DNA from: a virus
Strand: one strand, 5' to 3'
Virus record (IMG/VR): IMGVR_UViG_3300047160_027173
Location: 1-64,000 of that record
Length of the DNA stretch: 64,000 nt
How positions within the stretch are numbered: the stretch's first letter is position 1; each line of letters begins with the position of its first letter. Of the stretch, positions 28,318 through 38,406 are shown piece by piece. The notes below the pieces were generated by a model. It was given only the letters and a program-made list of their open reading frames with translations. It had not been told where the DNA came from and made no database searches. The translations under genes were made by a program, and so were the position numbers.

Positions 28318-31300
28318 TTACACCGCGCCCACGAGGAACCAGTAGACGATTGTGGAGCCAGAAGTGGTGTTCGCGTCCATGGTGATGGTGATGGAGCCGC
28401 CCGTGCAGACCGCGGTTTTGACGAAGTCGACACCGCCGCCTCCGAGCTGCTCAACGGTGGTGAGGATACCGACGCCGGTCGCGGCCAGGCTGTTGTTGAA
28501 GGTGGCCGAGCTACCGCTGGTGATGGTCAGCCGACCCGAGGCCGTGTTCGAGGTGCCCCCGTTGATGACAGAGCCCTGCGTGACGGACATCATGCCGTCC
28601 TTGTCGACGGCGAGCTTCTCGACGTTGTTGTTCGTGAAGCTGGCGATCTTCGCCCCGGCGGTCGTGAAGGCGGAGCCGGTCTCGATGACGGCGCCGATTG
28701 CGCTGGCCCCGTCGGCCTGCCTGCCGTTGAGTTGGATGGGGAAGAGCGCGGGACCGTAGAAACCCTTCGTACCGACGCTGCCCTTCTCGGTGTTGTTCTG
28801 CATGAAGAACAGAAAACCCGAGGGCGCGTTCAGGTAGGTGTTGCCGCTGAAGCCGACGGCGGCGTAGTTCGAGACAGTGGGAGGAGCAGAGGCCAGCCAG
28901 AGGGCGTTGTTGAGTCCGGAGGCGCCACCCAGGTAAACGTCGAAGTTGACGCTGTCCGTGAGGCGGAGCAGGCCGCTGTGGTCGATGTAGGCGCGCTCAC
29001 TGCCGTTGTTCTTGATGCTGAGGAGCTTGTCGCCGGCAGTGTTCAGGGTGACCAGGTTCTCGATGGTGACGGCGACGGCGGTGCCGGTGCTGGCGGCCTT
29101 GGGGGAGAGATTGATGACGCCGCCGGTGCCGACCTGGACTAGCGTGTTGGCGGTCTGGATGTCGAGGCGGTTGGTGCTGTCAAAGAGCGACTGTACCAGG
29201 TTCTGGATGGTGGTGTCGCAGAAGAGCTGGCTCCAGTTCAGGCTCGACGAGCCCAGGTCGGCGAGCTGGTTGCCGACAGTGGGGATGATGAAACCGTCCT
29301 TGGTGATCTGGACCTGCTCGGCGCTGTTGTTCTGGATGCTGAGGAGGACGGCTCCGGCGGTGGTCCAGGCCGTGGTGGTGTTGATGGTGGCCGCGACCGC
29401 CGAGGCGCCGTCGGGAGCGCTGGCCTGGAGGATGGACTGGCCGCCGAGGGCGATGACGTTGTCCACCCAGGTCGTGCCGTTGTGCGAGGCCAGGGCGATA
29501 CCGTTGGTAGCATTGCCGAAGCCCTGAATCTGGCCGTTAACACCGGCGGCATCACCCGGGACGATGTTCATCGTGCCGCCGATGCCGGGGCGGTTCAGGA
29601 CGATGTAGTTGTTGCCGGTATAGGTGAAGCCGAACACACCGCTGCCGCCATGGACGAAGCCAAGAACCGGGTACGCGATGCCGCCCTGGCCCCTGACAAT
29701 CAGCGTCGGCTCCTCGGGGGAAGAGGCGACCGTCAGCGGTCCCACGGTCAGGGCGCCGTTGTAGCCGATGGAGTCGGTCTCGGTGCCGCCGTTCTGGATA
29801 CTGAGGAGCTTGCCACCCGAGGTGGTGTAGCTGGCGGCCGTGTTGAGGGTGTGGGCGACGGAGCTGCTGCCGTCGGCCTTCTGGCTGTTCCAGACGAAGC
29901 CGTCGGCGCCGCCGATGGTGGTGATGAACTCAGGGTGGTTGCTGAGCGTGTGGGAGATGCCGTAGAGGACCTTGCAGTTCTCCAGGACGATGCTCGGCGT
30001 TCCGGCGCGGATGTCGAAGATGGTGTTGCCGGTTCCGGGCAGGAACGAGCAGTTGCTCATCGTCAGCTGATCAGGCGGGTTGGAGCCAGTGAGGACGGTG
30101 CCGTAGACGATGACCGACTTGCAGGGGTGAGCGTCGGGCGGGTTGGCCGTCGGCAGGCTGTCGATGAAGTGAGCGCTCCGGACCCCGTTCAGGTAAACGG
30201 CCGCCCTGAGCGCAGCGCCCGTGGCCGTCTCCAGGTCGATGCCCCAGGCCTTGAGGGTCAGGCTGTCGAACTCGTCGGCGTGTTCGGCGATGAGGCCGTA
30301 GATGAGGTGGTCCTGGCCGAGGATGTCCACGTTCTCCATGATGGTGCCGGGACGGATCAGAGAGGTCGCGACGACACCACCGGCGAGGTACAGGTTCGCC
30401 ATGCGGGCGAAGCCGACAGCACCACGGCTGAGGATACCCTCGCGTCCGCTGACCGACTTCGGGTTCCAGGCGTAGTTGCCGACGCCGCCTTCCCAGCTGA
30501 CGCGGTTCACGTCGAGGATGTAGCTGTTCTCGTTGAACTCCAGGCCGCACATGCCGCCCTGAATGCGGACGTCTTCGACCTTGCCGTGGGTCGAGGACTG
30601 GACGACGATGGCTCGGGCAGAGCTGTTCTGCACGGTCATCTCGCGGATCTCAACCCAACCGACGGGGTTGTTGACGACGGCACCACGGACACGCAGGTAG
30701 TAGTCGAAGGGGACGCCGTAGGGACCGTACTGCCAGCCCTGAGCGATGGGCATCTCACCGTAGAAGCGGTCGAAGTTCAGCAGGAACCGGGTGTCGTGGT
30801 CCTGGCTGGCCCAGACGAACTTGGACGTGGGCGGCGAGAACGGCGCCGTGTACCGGGCCACGCAGCTGATGCGGATCGAGTCAAACCAGCCCATGATGGA
30901 GGACACCGTGCTGGTATCGCCGTCCGGGTAGAAGATAGAGCCGCGGTCACCGAACTGGATGGTCTCGAAGGGGTGCTGGACGCCGTGGCTGCCGATGGGG
31001 ACCGCGACCTGGGCGGCCTGGACACCGTCTACGTACAGGGTCAGGGTGCCCAGCGTGGGGGCGCTGACCATGGCGATGTGATAGACGACGCCCGTCGTGT
31101 AGCTGAAGGCCGTGCCAGCATTGGCGCTGCCGGTGTCGTACTCGTAGGCCATGCTGAAGGCGTAGTTGCCTCCCAGGTCCTTGTTCAGGTTGAGGGCAAA
31201 CAGACTCGTCGTGAACTCACCGGGGACCACGCCCAGCGAGGACATGATCATGGCCGGGTTGCCGGGCGAAGTCACGTCCGCGGGGTCGATCTTGAGGAAG

Positions 31301-31914
31301 AACTCCACGGTGAGGTCCGTGGGGCCGATGATGCTCGGGTTCGAGTAGTAGTTGAAGTCCAGAGCCGCGGGGATGTCGTTCGTCGGCGCCAGGTAGACCG
31401 GGAGCGATTGCGTGGTGTCGACCCGCATCGAGCTTCCAGGGCCAGTGACCAGGCTCGTGTCCAGGGCCAGGCCGGTGCGCTGGCCGGGGATGGGGTGGTC
31501 CTCGTTGACGACGAAGAGCGTCGGACCCTGCCACTCCACGGTCTCCAGACCGTTCGTGACGCTGATATACGACGAAGTCATGCCAGCGCCCATGAACTTG
31601 GTATAGGTCTTCTGGATCTTCAGCGGCTTACTGACGAAGTACTTGCCTGGGGGCATGTAGACCGTGGACTTCGTGAACTCGACGCTGTCACCGGCAGCCA
31701 CGCTGTCCAGAGCGGCCTGGATGGCGTCGTGGTCGTCGGTGATGCCGTCGCCCTTGGCGCCGAAGGCCATGACGTTGATGCGGCCGTCGTCCGAGGAGAA
31801 GCCGTTGACGTCAACCCACCACTTCTCGACGCCGTCGTTGACGACCTGCAGAAGGCGGTCCGTGGTCCCGGTCAGGTTGGTGTTGCTACCGGCTCTGGAG
31901 GCGATGATACTCAT
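28318..31914 (-). CDS. Tailspike: pectate-lyase-like beta-helix with LamG insertion and shaft repeats
   Basis: NVMAFGAKGDGITDDHDAIQAALD...VYMPPGKY; YHIAMV...LYVDG LamG. Confidence 0.8.
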   Translation of the reverse strand: MSIIASRAGSNTNLTGTTDRLLQVVNDGVEKWWVDVNGFSSDDGRINVMAFGAKGDGITDDHDAIQAALDSVAAGDSVEFTKSTVYMPPGKYFVSKPLKIQKTYTKFMGAGMTSSYISVTNGLETVEWQGPTLFVVNEDHPIPGQRTGLALDTSLVTGPGSSMRVDTTQSLPVYLAPTNDIPAALDFNYYSNPSIIGPTDLTVEFFLKIDPADVTSPGNPAMIMSSLGVVPGEFTTSLFALNLNKDLGGNYAFSMAYEYDTGSANAGTAFSYTTGVVYHIAMVSAPTLGTLTLYVDGVQAAQVAVPIGSHGVQHPFETIQFGDRGSIFYPDGDTSTVSSIMGWFDSIRISCVARYTAPFSPPTSKFVWASQDHDTRFLLNFDRFYGEMPIAQGWQYGPYGVPFDYYLRVRGAVVNNPVGWVEIREMTVQNSSARAIVVQSSTHGKVEDVRIQGGMCGLEFNENSYILDVNRVSWEGGVGNYAWNPKSVSGREGILSRGAVGFARMANLYLAGGVVATSLIRPGTIMENVDILGQDHLIYGLIAEHADEFDSLTLKAWGIDLETATGAALRAAVYLNGVRSAHFIDSLPTANPPDAHPCKSVIVYGTVLTGSNPPDQLTMSNCSFLPGTGNTIFDIRAGTPSIVLENCKVLYGISHTLSNHPEFITTIGGADGFVWNSQKADGSSSVAHTLNTAASYTTSGGKLLSIQNGGTETDSIGYNGALTVGPLTVASSPEEPTLIVRGQGGIAYPVLGFVHGGSGVFGFTYTGNNYIVLNRPGIGGTMNIVPGDAAGVNGQIQGFGNATNGIALASHNGTTWVDNVIALGGQSILQASAPDGASAVAATINTTTAWTTAGAVLLSIQNNSAEQVQITKDGFIIPTVGNQLADLGSSSLNWSQLFCDTTIQNLVQSLFDSTNRLDIQTANTLVQVGTGGVINLSPKAASTGTAVAVTIENLVTLNTAGDKLLSIKNNGSERAYIDHSGLLRLTDSVNFDVYLGGASGLNNALWLASAPPTVSNYAAVGFSGNTYLNAPSGFLFFMQNNTEKGSVGTKGFYGPALFPIQLNGRQADGASAIGAVIETGSAFTTAGAKIASFTNNNVEKLAVDKDGMMSVTQGSVINGGTSNTASGRLTITSGSSATFNNSLAATGVGILTTVEQLGGGGVDFVKTAVCTGGSITITMDANTTSGSTIVYWFLVGAV

Positions 31915-31917
31915 GGG

Positions 31918-34900
31918 TTAGGCCAAGATTGAAGTCACGGGCTGGCGGATGAGACCGGTGAGAGTGGAGGTCCAGGCGGCGGTGCTACCCACGGGCCGGA
32001 CCGGGTGGACGAGGAGGATTTCACCGCTGACGATGGCCGAGGAGACCTGCTCGATGAGGCCAACCGGCGGGCTGGGCTCCTGGTTGAGGAAGAGGTCCAT
32101 GGTGCTGACCCAGCCGCCCTCGAAGAGGCCAGCGATGAGCACGCAGGGGATGCCGGTCTCGGTCGTGCCCTGGAAGTTGCAGGCGCTGGTCTTGACGGCG
32201 TAGAGGTCGTTACCGAAGAAGGCGCCCGACCTGAGCAACGGGAACGTGCCCTCGGTGTCCGTACCACAGCCTTCCAAGTCGATCTGGCTGAAGAGGCCGA
32301 AGCCACCGGCACCGAGCATGAAGCTGTAGATGGTGTCGGCCTCGGGCTGGGCGCTGAGGCTGACGTAGCTGCCTGAGACCAGCCAGAACTGGCAGCGACC
32401 GCCAGCGGTGACGACGACGTTGTTGGTGTTGTAGCTGTAGAGGCAGGCGCCAACCTGCTGGGCCGTGTAGATGACGGTGTCCGAGACTCGGCTGTAGAAG
32501 CCGTTGGCGTTCTCGGCGAGGATGCCCCACTTGGTCGTGTAGCTGACGAGGACGTTGTCGATTCGGGCCAGCGGGCAGCCGTTGAAGATGATGCCGGAGT
32601 TGCAGCTGCTGCCGCTGATCTCCAGGTTGTCGATATGGCATCCGCTACCACCGGCCGGAATGCGGGCGTAGTGCTTGACGAGACCGCCTCCGGTAAAGCT
32701 ACTGGGGTGGGCCTGGCCGATGACCCAGGGGGCGCCGGAGGGCGCATCGCCCTGGTCCCAGTTGTAGAGGGCCTTGGTGTCCGAGTCCTCGACGAACGGA
32801 GCCGTGGGGGCGGCGTAGTTCGAGTTGGTCGTGTGGCGGGCGATGTTGCTGAGCCGCAGGCTCTGGATAGAGCACGGCAGCACCGGGCCCAAGATGTTGT
32901 CGTTGCTCTCCGGGGTGGTGTTGGCACCGCCGATGTTGACGTTGTGGAACGGACTCTGGGTGATGGCACCCGTGGCCGCGGCCGAGGTGATGAAGGTGCC
33001 GTTGATGTAGAAACGGACGTTCGAGCCGTCCCAGTCGATGCTGAAGTCGTAGACGGTGCTGTCGGCGACCGAGCCCGGGGCCGAGTCCAGGTTGATCTGA
33101 CCCTGGTTGGTGGTGCCCAGGGTGGCCCGCCAGAACTTACCGCCACCGAGGTCGATGACACTGAGTCCGAAGGCGTACTCGGAGAGGTTCTGGGGTTGGA
33201 TGTCAGGCGGGAAGCAGAAGCTCTGGACGACGCTCCAGTAGCTGCCGGAGCCGACCGTCGTCGTCTTGACGCGGCCGTCGATAGTCAGGGCCGGGAACAC
33301 GCTGGTGTTGTAGAGCTGCGTCCAGTAGTAGCTGTCGTGGAGGTAGACGGGGTTGTTGTTGGCCAGATTCAGCGAACGACCGGAGCCACCGAAGAGGTCC
33401 GGGCCAAAGGTGGGGGCGTTCTCGGCCTGACCGGCGATGACCGTCGGACCCACGAAGCCCTGCTGGAAGTCCGTGTAGCCGCTGCCGCTGTTGGTGGCAT
33501 GGATGCTGGTCTGGCTGCGGCCAGCACCGGTCAGGCGGCTGTTCACACTCATCCAGACGGGCTCGCTGACCCACCAGCGACCGGCGGGGACGACGACCGT
33601 GCCCGTGGGGGTGTTGACCGGGCCCAGGTCCGTGGTCAGGCTGGCGAAGGCGAGCCGGAAGGCCGTGCTGTTCATGACGGCGATGTCGTTCGGACGCGGG
33701 TAGAAGGTGTCGGGCTCGGGGCTGACACGGGCTCCGAAGTTGCGGATGTCCGCAGTCGTCGTGCCCTGGATGAAGGCCCAGTCCTCGGGGTGGTCGGCCC
33801 AGGAAACGCCTGCGCTGGTGAAGCCGTTCTCCAGGGTGCTGTTGTAGACGGTGAGCTTCCGGCCAGGGCTGGGCGGAGCGGCCAGACGAACGACGGCGTA
33901 CGGAGCCGGAGCGTTGAGGTTCACGCGGAACCGGCAGTTGCGCAGCTCCAGGTAGTCGAGGTTGTCGTACGCCAGTGCAGGCTGCGTATGCGAGCCCGGG
34001 CCTTCGCTGGCCAAGAAACAGTCCTCGAAGGTAATCGAGCCGGGGCCGGTACTGTTGCCGCCGGTGGCGATGACTCCGGCCAGATAGCCGGTGGGCAACG
34101 CGACTTCTGCGTCGATGGTCAAGTTCTTGATCGTGGCGACACCGTAGGTATTGCCGCCGGTGGTGACTCGGGCCGGGAGAGCGGTGAGTGAGCCAGGCTG
34201 CAGCTTGACCGTGTTCCAGGTGCCCTTGAGGTCGGCAAGCCAGGCCGCGTACTGGACGAGGATGTTCTCGCCGTCGACGTTGCCGTTGCTGACGTTCCAC
34301 GCGCAGCCCCAGGTGCTATCCGACTGGACGGTGATGTCGGAGGCCCAGTTGTAGAAGCTGTTGACGTCCAAGACCTGGAGGGCATAGTTGCTGTGCGCGA
34401 AGAAGTAGAGGTCTTCCCAGGTGCAGGTGAGGGCCTGGTTGACGGCGATGCCCGAGGCGTAGTGGAAACCCTGGAAGGTGATGCCGGACATCTTCACGCT
34501 GTTGACGCTGCGCAGGAGTGCCGAGTTGAGGGCGTCGAATCCGCGCATGTAGACGGTCATGTTGCCGTAGGGAATCAGGTATCCGGTCTGGCCCACCCAG
34601 CAGCCAACCTCAGCGTCCCAGGTCTGGAAGTCCAGGTTCAGGAGGGTATGGGTATCGCTGGCATACCTGGCCGTGGGCAGACTATAGGTGCTCGTATTCC
34701 GGGCCACGCTGGAGAAGCGCATGCTGTCCATGGTGCCGTTGATGGGCGCCCAGCGCTCGGCGAAGTTCACCGCGTACAGGGCCTGGCTGCCGATGACGAA
34801 GTCCTCGTAGAAGGCCTGGCTGATGGCGCCGTGGACGCCCGGAATCGTCTGCTGGAGGACGCCGTTCAGGAAGAAGAGGATGTTGCCGGTGGTGTTGTCC

Positions 34901-37900
34901 CAGTTGAACTCGTAGTTGTAGGTCGAGCCGTAGCTGATGCTGACGGGCGTGATACCGTACGAGGTGCCGCCGACATTGAAGCCGCCCTTGATCTGAAGGC
35001 CTCCGAAGCCGCTGCCGAAGTCCTGGAGGTAGACGCTCATGGCCTGAGCGCCGTGGGCGCTGTCCAGGTCGCCACCGCTGACGGTGATGATGCCCGTGCT
35101 ACCGGTCAGGCTCGTGCAGTTGAACCAGCCTTCGACGCTGATTGCTGTCAGGCCGTTCAGGCGACCGGCACGGGCGTCCTGGACGAGGATGCGGCTGCCG
35201 CCGTTGCTGCCCTGGCCGAACTGAGCGCTCTGGCCGGTGCCGCTGACCAGGGGAGCACCGAAGCTGATCCAGTCCTGCTGCAGACCCCACATGAGCGTGG
35301 GGCCCTGGAAGGTCGGGTAGCTGTAGGTCGGGTCCAGGGTGGGGCCGATGGTCGTGCCGTGCTCGCCTTGGCCGTAGATGTGCACGCCGGTCAGGTTGTT
35401 GCCGACGAGCACCAGGGGCTTGCTGATGTAAAATTGTCCGGCGGAAAGCTCGATGGCGTTGTTGCTGATCTGGGGGCCGACGAGGTACTCGGTAACGGCA
35501 TTGATGGCGCCCTGGATGTCCGCACGCTGGTCGACGCCGGAGTCGGACTTGGCGTTGACGACGAAGACGTTCGACCGGGCGGCAGCCGAGGTCTGGATGG
35601 TGCCATCGGCAAATTCGATGTAGCCGTCTTTGGTGATGGCCAGCTTCTCGACGTTGTCGTTGCGGACGGACAGCAGCTTTGCGCCTGCCGTGGTGTAGGC
35701 GGACTTGGTGTCGATGGCGGTACCGACGGCGCTGGAGCCGTCCGGCCCACCACTGATGAGGTGCGTGCCGGTGTCGATGGCCGACAGGACCTGGATCCTG
35801 TAGGTCGACGGCGCGATGGGGATGGTTGCACCCAGCCGGTAGGGGTTGGTCAGCGTGACCTGGGCCGTGGTCGGTGACGTGCTGCCGAGGACGGTGTTGA
35901 AGGTGAAGGTGGCGTCGTTGTCGACGTAGAAGGCGCAGTTCTCGAACGTGGCGCCGAAGTTCGGCGTGCCGGCGAAGCCGATGGCTGGCGTGTTGTTGCC
36001 AGCGTTCGTGTTGGCGGCAATCGTGCTCGACGCCATCCGGACCCATTCGGTGTCACCGAGGATGACGACCGGGGCAATCATGTCCGGGTAGAAGCCCTCG
36101 GTGTCCACGGACACGTCGGTCACGTCGATGCCCGAGAAGATACCCTGGCCCGAACCGCCGAAGATGAATCCAGCCAAAGAGCCCGGGGTTCCGCTACCGG
36201 GCTGGTTCGTCAGGCCGGAGATGACGCCAGTCGTGATCCAGCCGCCGACACGGCCACCGAGAATCTGGATGTTGGAGCCCGTCAGGGGGTTGATCTTGAC
36301 GCCGAAGGAGTAGGGGCTCTGGACGAAGATGTCGCGGAAGTCGCTGTAGAAGCTGTTGGCGTCGGCCGAGAGCAGGCCGTAGTGGGACGTGGACTCGATT
36401 TCAACGCCATGCACCGACAGGTGGTTGCAGTTGCTGAGGATGAGGCCGGACTGGTTGTAGCCAGTGGCGCCGAAGCCCATGTCCTCGATGAGAATCTGGC
36501 CCGTCGGGAGGACCTTGTTGTAACGGACCCAGTGCTTGACCATCTGGCCGACAGCAGAGAAGCGACCGGCGGTGCACTGACCGATGACGAAGGGCTCGCC
36601 CGTGAGCGGGTCTCCCTGGTCCCAGTTGTAGAGGGCCAGGGTGTTGCTGTCGACGGGATACGCGTCCGTCGGGGGCACGAAGGAGCCAGTGCCAGTGTGA
36701 CGGGCGACGTTGCTGTAGCGGATGGAGCTGATGAGGCCGTTGAAACCGGCGTCGTAGTTGGTGCCTTCGTCGTAGCCGGCACCGATGGTGACACCTTCCC
36801 AGGGCTTCTGGAGAAGGGTTCCGGTGGCGGCCTGGTGGAGGACGTTGACGCCGTCGACGTATGCATCGAGGTGGGCTCCGTCGTAGTTCAACTCGATGTT
36901 GTACCAAGTGCTAGGAGTGATCGTGCCAGCGCCAAAGCCGCCAAAGCTACCGGCGGTCGTGGTGATGGAGAACCGGAGCTGGTAGGAGCTGAAGTTGGTC
37001 AGACCGATGAAGAACGCCGACGAGCCGGGGTTGCTGAGCGTCGAGAACGAGCTGATGACGGCGCCGTTGTCCGAGTAGATGTGGTCGAAGTTCAGCCAGA
37101 ACTGGATGCTGAAGGCGCTCGTGCCCTCCATCTCATTCCAGACGAAGGCGTCGTGAAGGAAGAACTTCTCGTAGGCGGTGCTGAGCGTGAGTGAGCGACC
37201 CGTCGTGAATCCAGGCGGGGGCGAGGTCATCACCGGCGGCGACGAGTCCGGGCTGGAGGCGATGAACAGAGGTCCGGCGAAGGACGGCAGGTAGAGGCCA
37301 CCGCTGCCGGTGCCCTCAGGGGAGGCGAAAACCAGGCTCAGGTCTCGGCCGTCGCCCTTCAGGTACGTCAGGGTCGGCAGAACGACGGGGCGGCTGATGA
37401 ACCAGCGGCCCTCGGGGACGTAAATCTGGCCAGCCGTTGAGGCGCTGAAGGAACCGTTGGCCGTGAAGGCGGCGATGGCGGCAACGAACGCCGGGTAGCA
37501 GTCGTTGGCCGGAGTCGGCGGGGTGAAGATGTTCGCCGTGCTCGTGGCGCCGTAGTTGACGATGGAGTGGATGGCGGCGGACGTGGACTGAACGCTGCCG
37601 TCCGGGAACTTGATGAAGCCATCCTTGGTGATGGCGAAGACCTGGCTGAAGTTGTTCTGGACGCTGAGGAGGAGGTCCCCGGCGGTGTTCAGGAAGCTGA
37701 CAGAGTTGAGGACGGCCGCCACGGCCGAACCCGTGCTGACGGTGTCGCTGGACAGGACCAGGGAGTTCGTGCTCCTGGCCGTCAGGTGGGAGCTGATGAC
37801 TCCGTTCAGGAAGGTCTTGGCCCCGCCAAAGGTCTGCCCCAGGGTCGAGACGATGCCCGACAGGGAGGCTGTGGCGAACGGCAATGGACCGGGAAGCGGT

Positions 37901-37908
37901 GCGGGCAT
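31918..37908 (-). CDS. Giant tailspike with three tandem beta-helix/LamG heads
   Basis: Three copies of the V.xG.W/F.IS.P cap, LamG (S.R.S.VAR) and beta-helix; N-terminal TLGQTFGGAKTF. Confidence 0.8.
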   Translation of the reverse strand: MPAPLPGPLPFATASLSGIVSTLGQTFGGAKTFLNGVISSHLTARSTNSLVLSSDTVSTGSAVAAVLNSVSFLNTAGDLLLSVQNNFSQVFAITKDGFIKFPDGSVQSTSAAIHSIVNYGATSTANIFTPPTPANDCYPAFVAAIAAFTANGSFSASTAGQIYVPEGRWFISRPVVLPTLTYLKGDGRDLSLVFASPEGTGSGGLYLPSFAGPLFIASSPDSSPPVMTSPPPGFTTGRSLTLSTAYEKFFLHDAFVWNEMEGTSAFSIQFWLNFDHIYSDNGAVISSFSTLSNPGSSAFFIGLTNFSSYQLRFSITTTAGSFGGFGAGTITPSTWYNIELNYDGAHLDAYVDGVNVLHQAATGTLLQKPWEGVTIGAGYDEGTNYDAGFNGLISSIRYSNVARHTGTGSFVPPTDAYPVDSNTLALYNWDQGDPLTGEPFVIGQCTAGRFSAVGQMVKHWVRYNKVLPTGQILIEDMGFGATGYNQSGLILSNCNHLSVHGVEIESTSHYGLLSADANSFYSDFRDIFVQSPYSFGVKINPLTGSNIQILGGRVGGWITTGVISGLTNQPGSGTPGSLAGFIFGGSGQGIFSGIDVTDVSVDTEGFYPDMIAPVVILGDTEWVRMASSTIAANTNAGNNTPAIGFAGTPNFGATFENCAFYVDNDATFTFNTVLGSTSPTTAQVTLTNPYRLGATIPIAPSTYRIQVLSAIDTGTHLISGGPDGSSAVGTAIDTKSAYTTAGAKLLSVRNDNVEKLAITKDGYIEFADGTIQTSAAARSNVFVVNAKSDSGVDQRADIQGAINAVTEYLVGPQISNNAIELSAGQFYISKPLVLVGNNLTGVHIYGQGEHGTTIGPTLDPTYSYPTFQGPTLMWGLQQDWISFGAPLVSGTGQSAQFGQGSNGGSRILVQDARAGRLNGLTAISVEGWFNCTSLTGSTGIITVSGGDLDSAHGAQAMSVYLQDFGSGFGGLQIKGGFNVGGTSYGITPVSISYGSTYNYEFNWDNTTGNILFFLNGVLQQTIPGVHGAISQAFYEDFVIGSQALYAVNFAERWAPINGTMDSMRFSSVARNTSTYSLPTARYASDTHTLLNLDFQTWDAEVGCWVGQTGYLIPYGNMTVYMRGFDALNSALLRSVNSVKMSGITFQGFHYASGIAVNQALTCTWEDLYFFAHSNYALQVLDVNSFYNWASDITVQSDSTWGCAWNVSNGNVDGENILVQYAAWLADLKGTWNTVKLQPGSLTALPARVTTGGNTYGVATIKNLTIDAEVALPTGYLAGVIATGGNSTGPGSITFEDCFLASEGPGSHTQPALAYDNLDYLELRNCRFRVNLNAPAPYAVVRLAAPPSPGRKLTVYNSTLENGFTSAGVSWADHPEDWAFIQGTTTADIRNFGARVSPEPDTFYPRPNDIAVMNSTAFRLAFASLTTDLGPVNTPTGTVVVPAGRWWVSEPVWMSVNSRLTGAGRSQTSIHATNSGSGYTDFQQGFVGPTVIAGQAENAPTFGPDLFGGSGRSLNLANNNPVYLHDSYYWTQLYNTSVFPALTIDGRVKTTTVGSGSYWSVVQSFCFPPDIQPQNLSEYAFGLSVIDLGGGKFWRATLGTTNQGQINLDSAPGSVADSTVYDFSIDWDGSNVRFYINGTFITSAAATGAITQSPFHNVNIGGANTTPESNDNILGPVLPCSIQSLRLSNIARHTTNSNYAAPTAPFVEDSDTKALYNWDQGDAPSGAPWVIGQAHPSSFTGGGLVKHYARIPAGGSGCHIDNLEISGSSCNSGIIFNGCPLARIDNVLVSYTTKWGILAENANGFYSRVSDTVIYTAQQVGACLYSYNTNNVVVTAGGRCQFWLVSGSYVSLSAQPEADTIYSFMLGAGGFGLFSQIDLEGCGTDTEGTFPLLRSGAFFGNDLYAVKTSACNFQGTTETGIPCVLIAGLFEGGWVSTMDLFLNQEPSPPVGLIEQVSSAIVSGEILLVHPVRPVGSTAAWTSTLTGLIRQPVTSILA

Positions 37909-37926
37909 AGGAGGGGAACTCCCGTC

Positions 37927-37934
37927 CTAGATTG
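37927..37934 (-). promoter_or_regulatory. Candidate late promoter CAATCTAG
   Basis: Intergenic, before the giant tailspike gene. Confidence 0.6.
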
Positions 37935-37938
37935 CTGA

Positions 37939-38391
37939 CTAGACGGGAATCCGCTGGAAGGGATTCGTGAAGGTGGGGCTACCGGCGCTGTCCTTCAGGT
38001 CGAACTTCTTCAGGACGGTGCTGCCGTCCCTGCGGAACATGACCAGGCGGTTGGCGTCCGGGCCCGAGGTCTGGATCTTCCAGGTGCCGAAACCCTCGTC
38101 GTTGAGGTCGGTCAGAAAGTCCACATTGAAGTCTTCAGGCCGCAGGAAGCCCGCCACGAACCTGGGGACGGACGAGACCGTGCCGTCGATGATGAAGGCG
38201 ATAGCCGTCGTCGTCAGGGCCGGGTCCGGGGTGAACATGTAGGCTCCGCCGCCGATCTCCACGATGGAGGGCTGGGCGACGTCGGCACCGGTGGTGTCCT
38301 TGTAGATGCTGAAGTCCGGCGCGGCTCCGGTCAGGGGATGCCCTGAGCTGTCGTAGAGGAAGAAGACTTCGACTTTGGGACTGTTGGCCAT
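37939..38391 (-). CDS. Small virion adaptor protein (paralog of 27850-28305)
   Basis: Clear similarity by eye over the full length. Confidence 0.7.
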   Translation of the reverse strand: MANSPKVEVFFLYDSSGHPLTGAAPDFSIYKDTTGADVAQPSIVEIGGGAYMFTPDPALTTTAIAFIIDGTVSSVPRFVAGFLRPEDFNVDFLTDLNDEGFGTWKIQTSGPDANRLVMFRRDGSTVLKKFDLKDSAGSPTFTNPFQRIPV

Positions 38392-38406
38392 GGTCTATAG
38401 ATTCCG

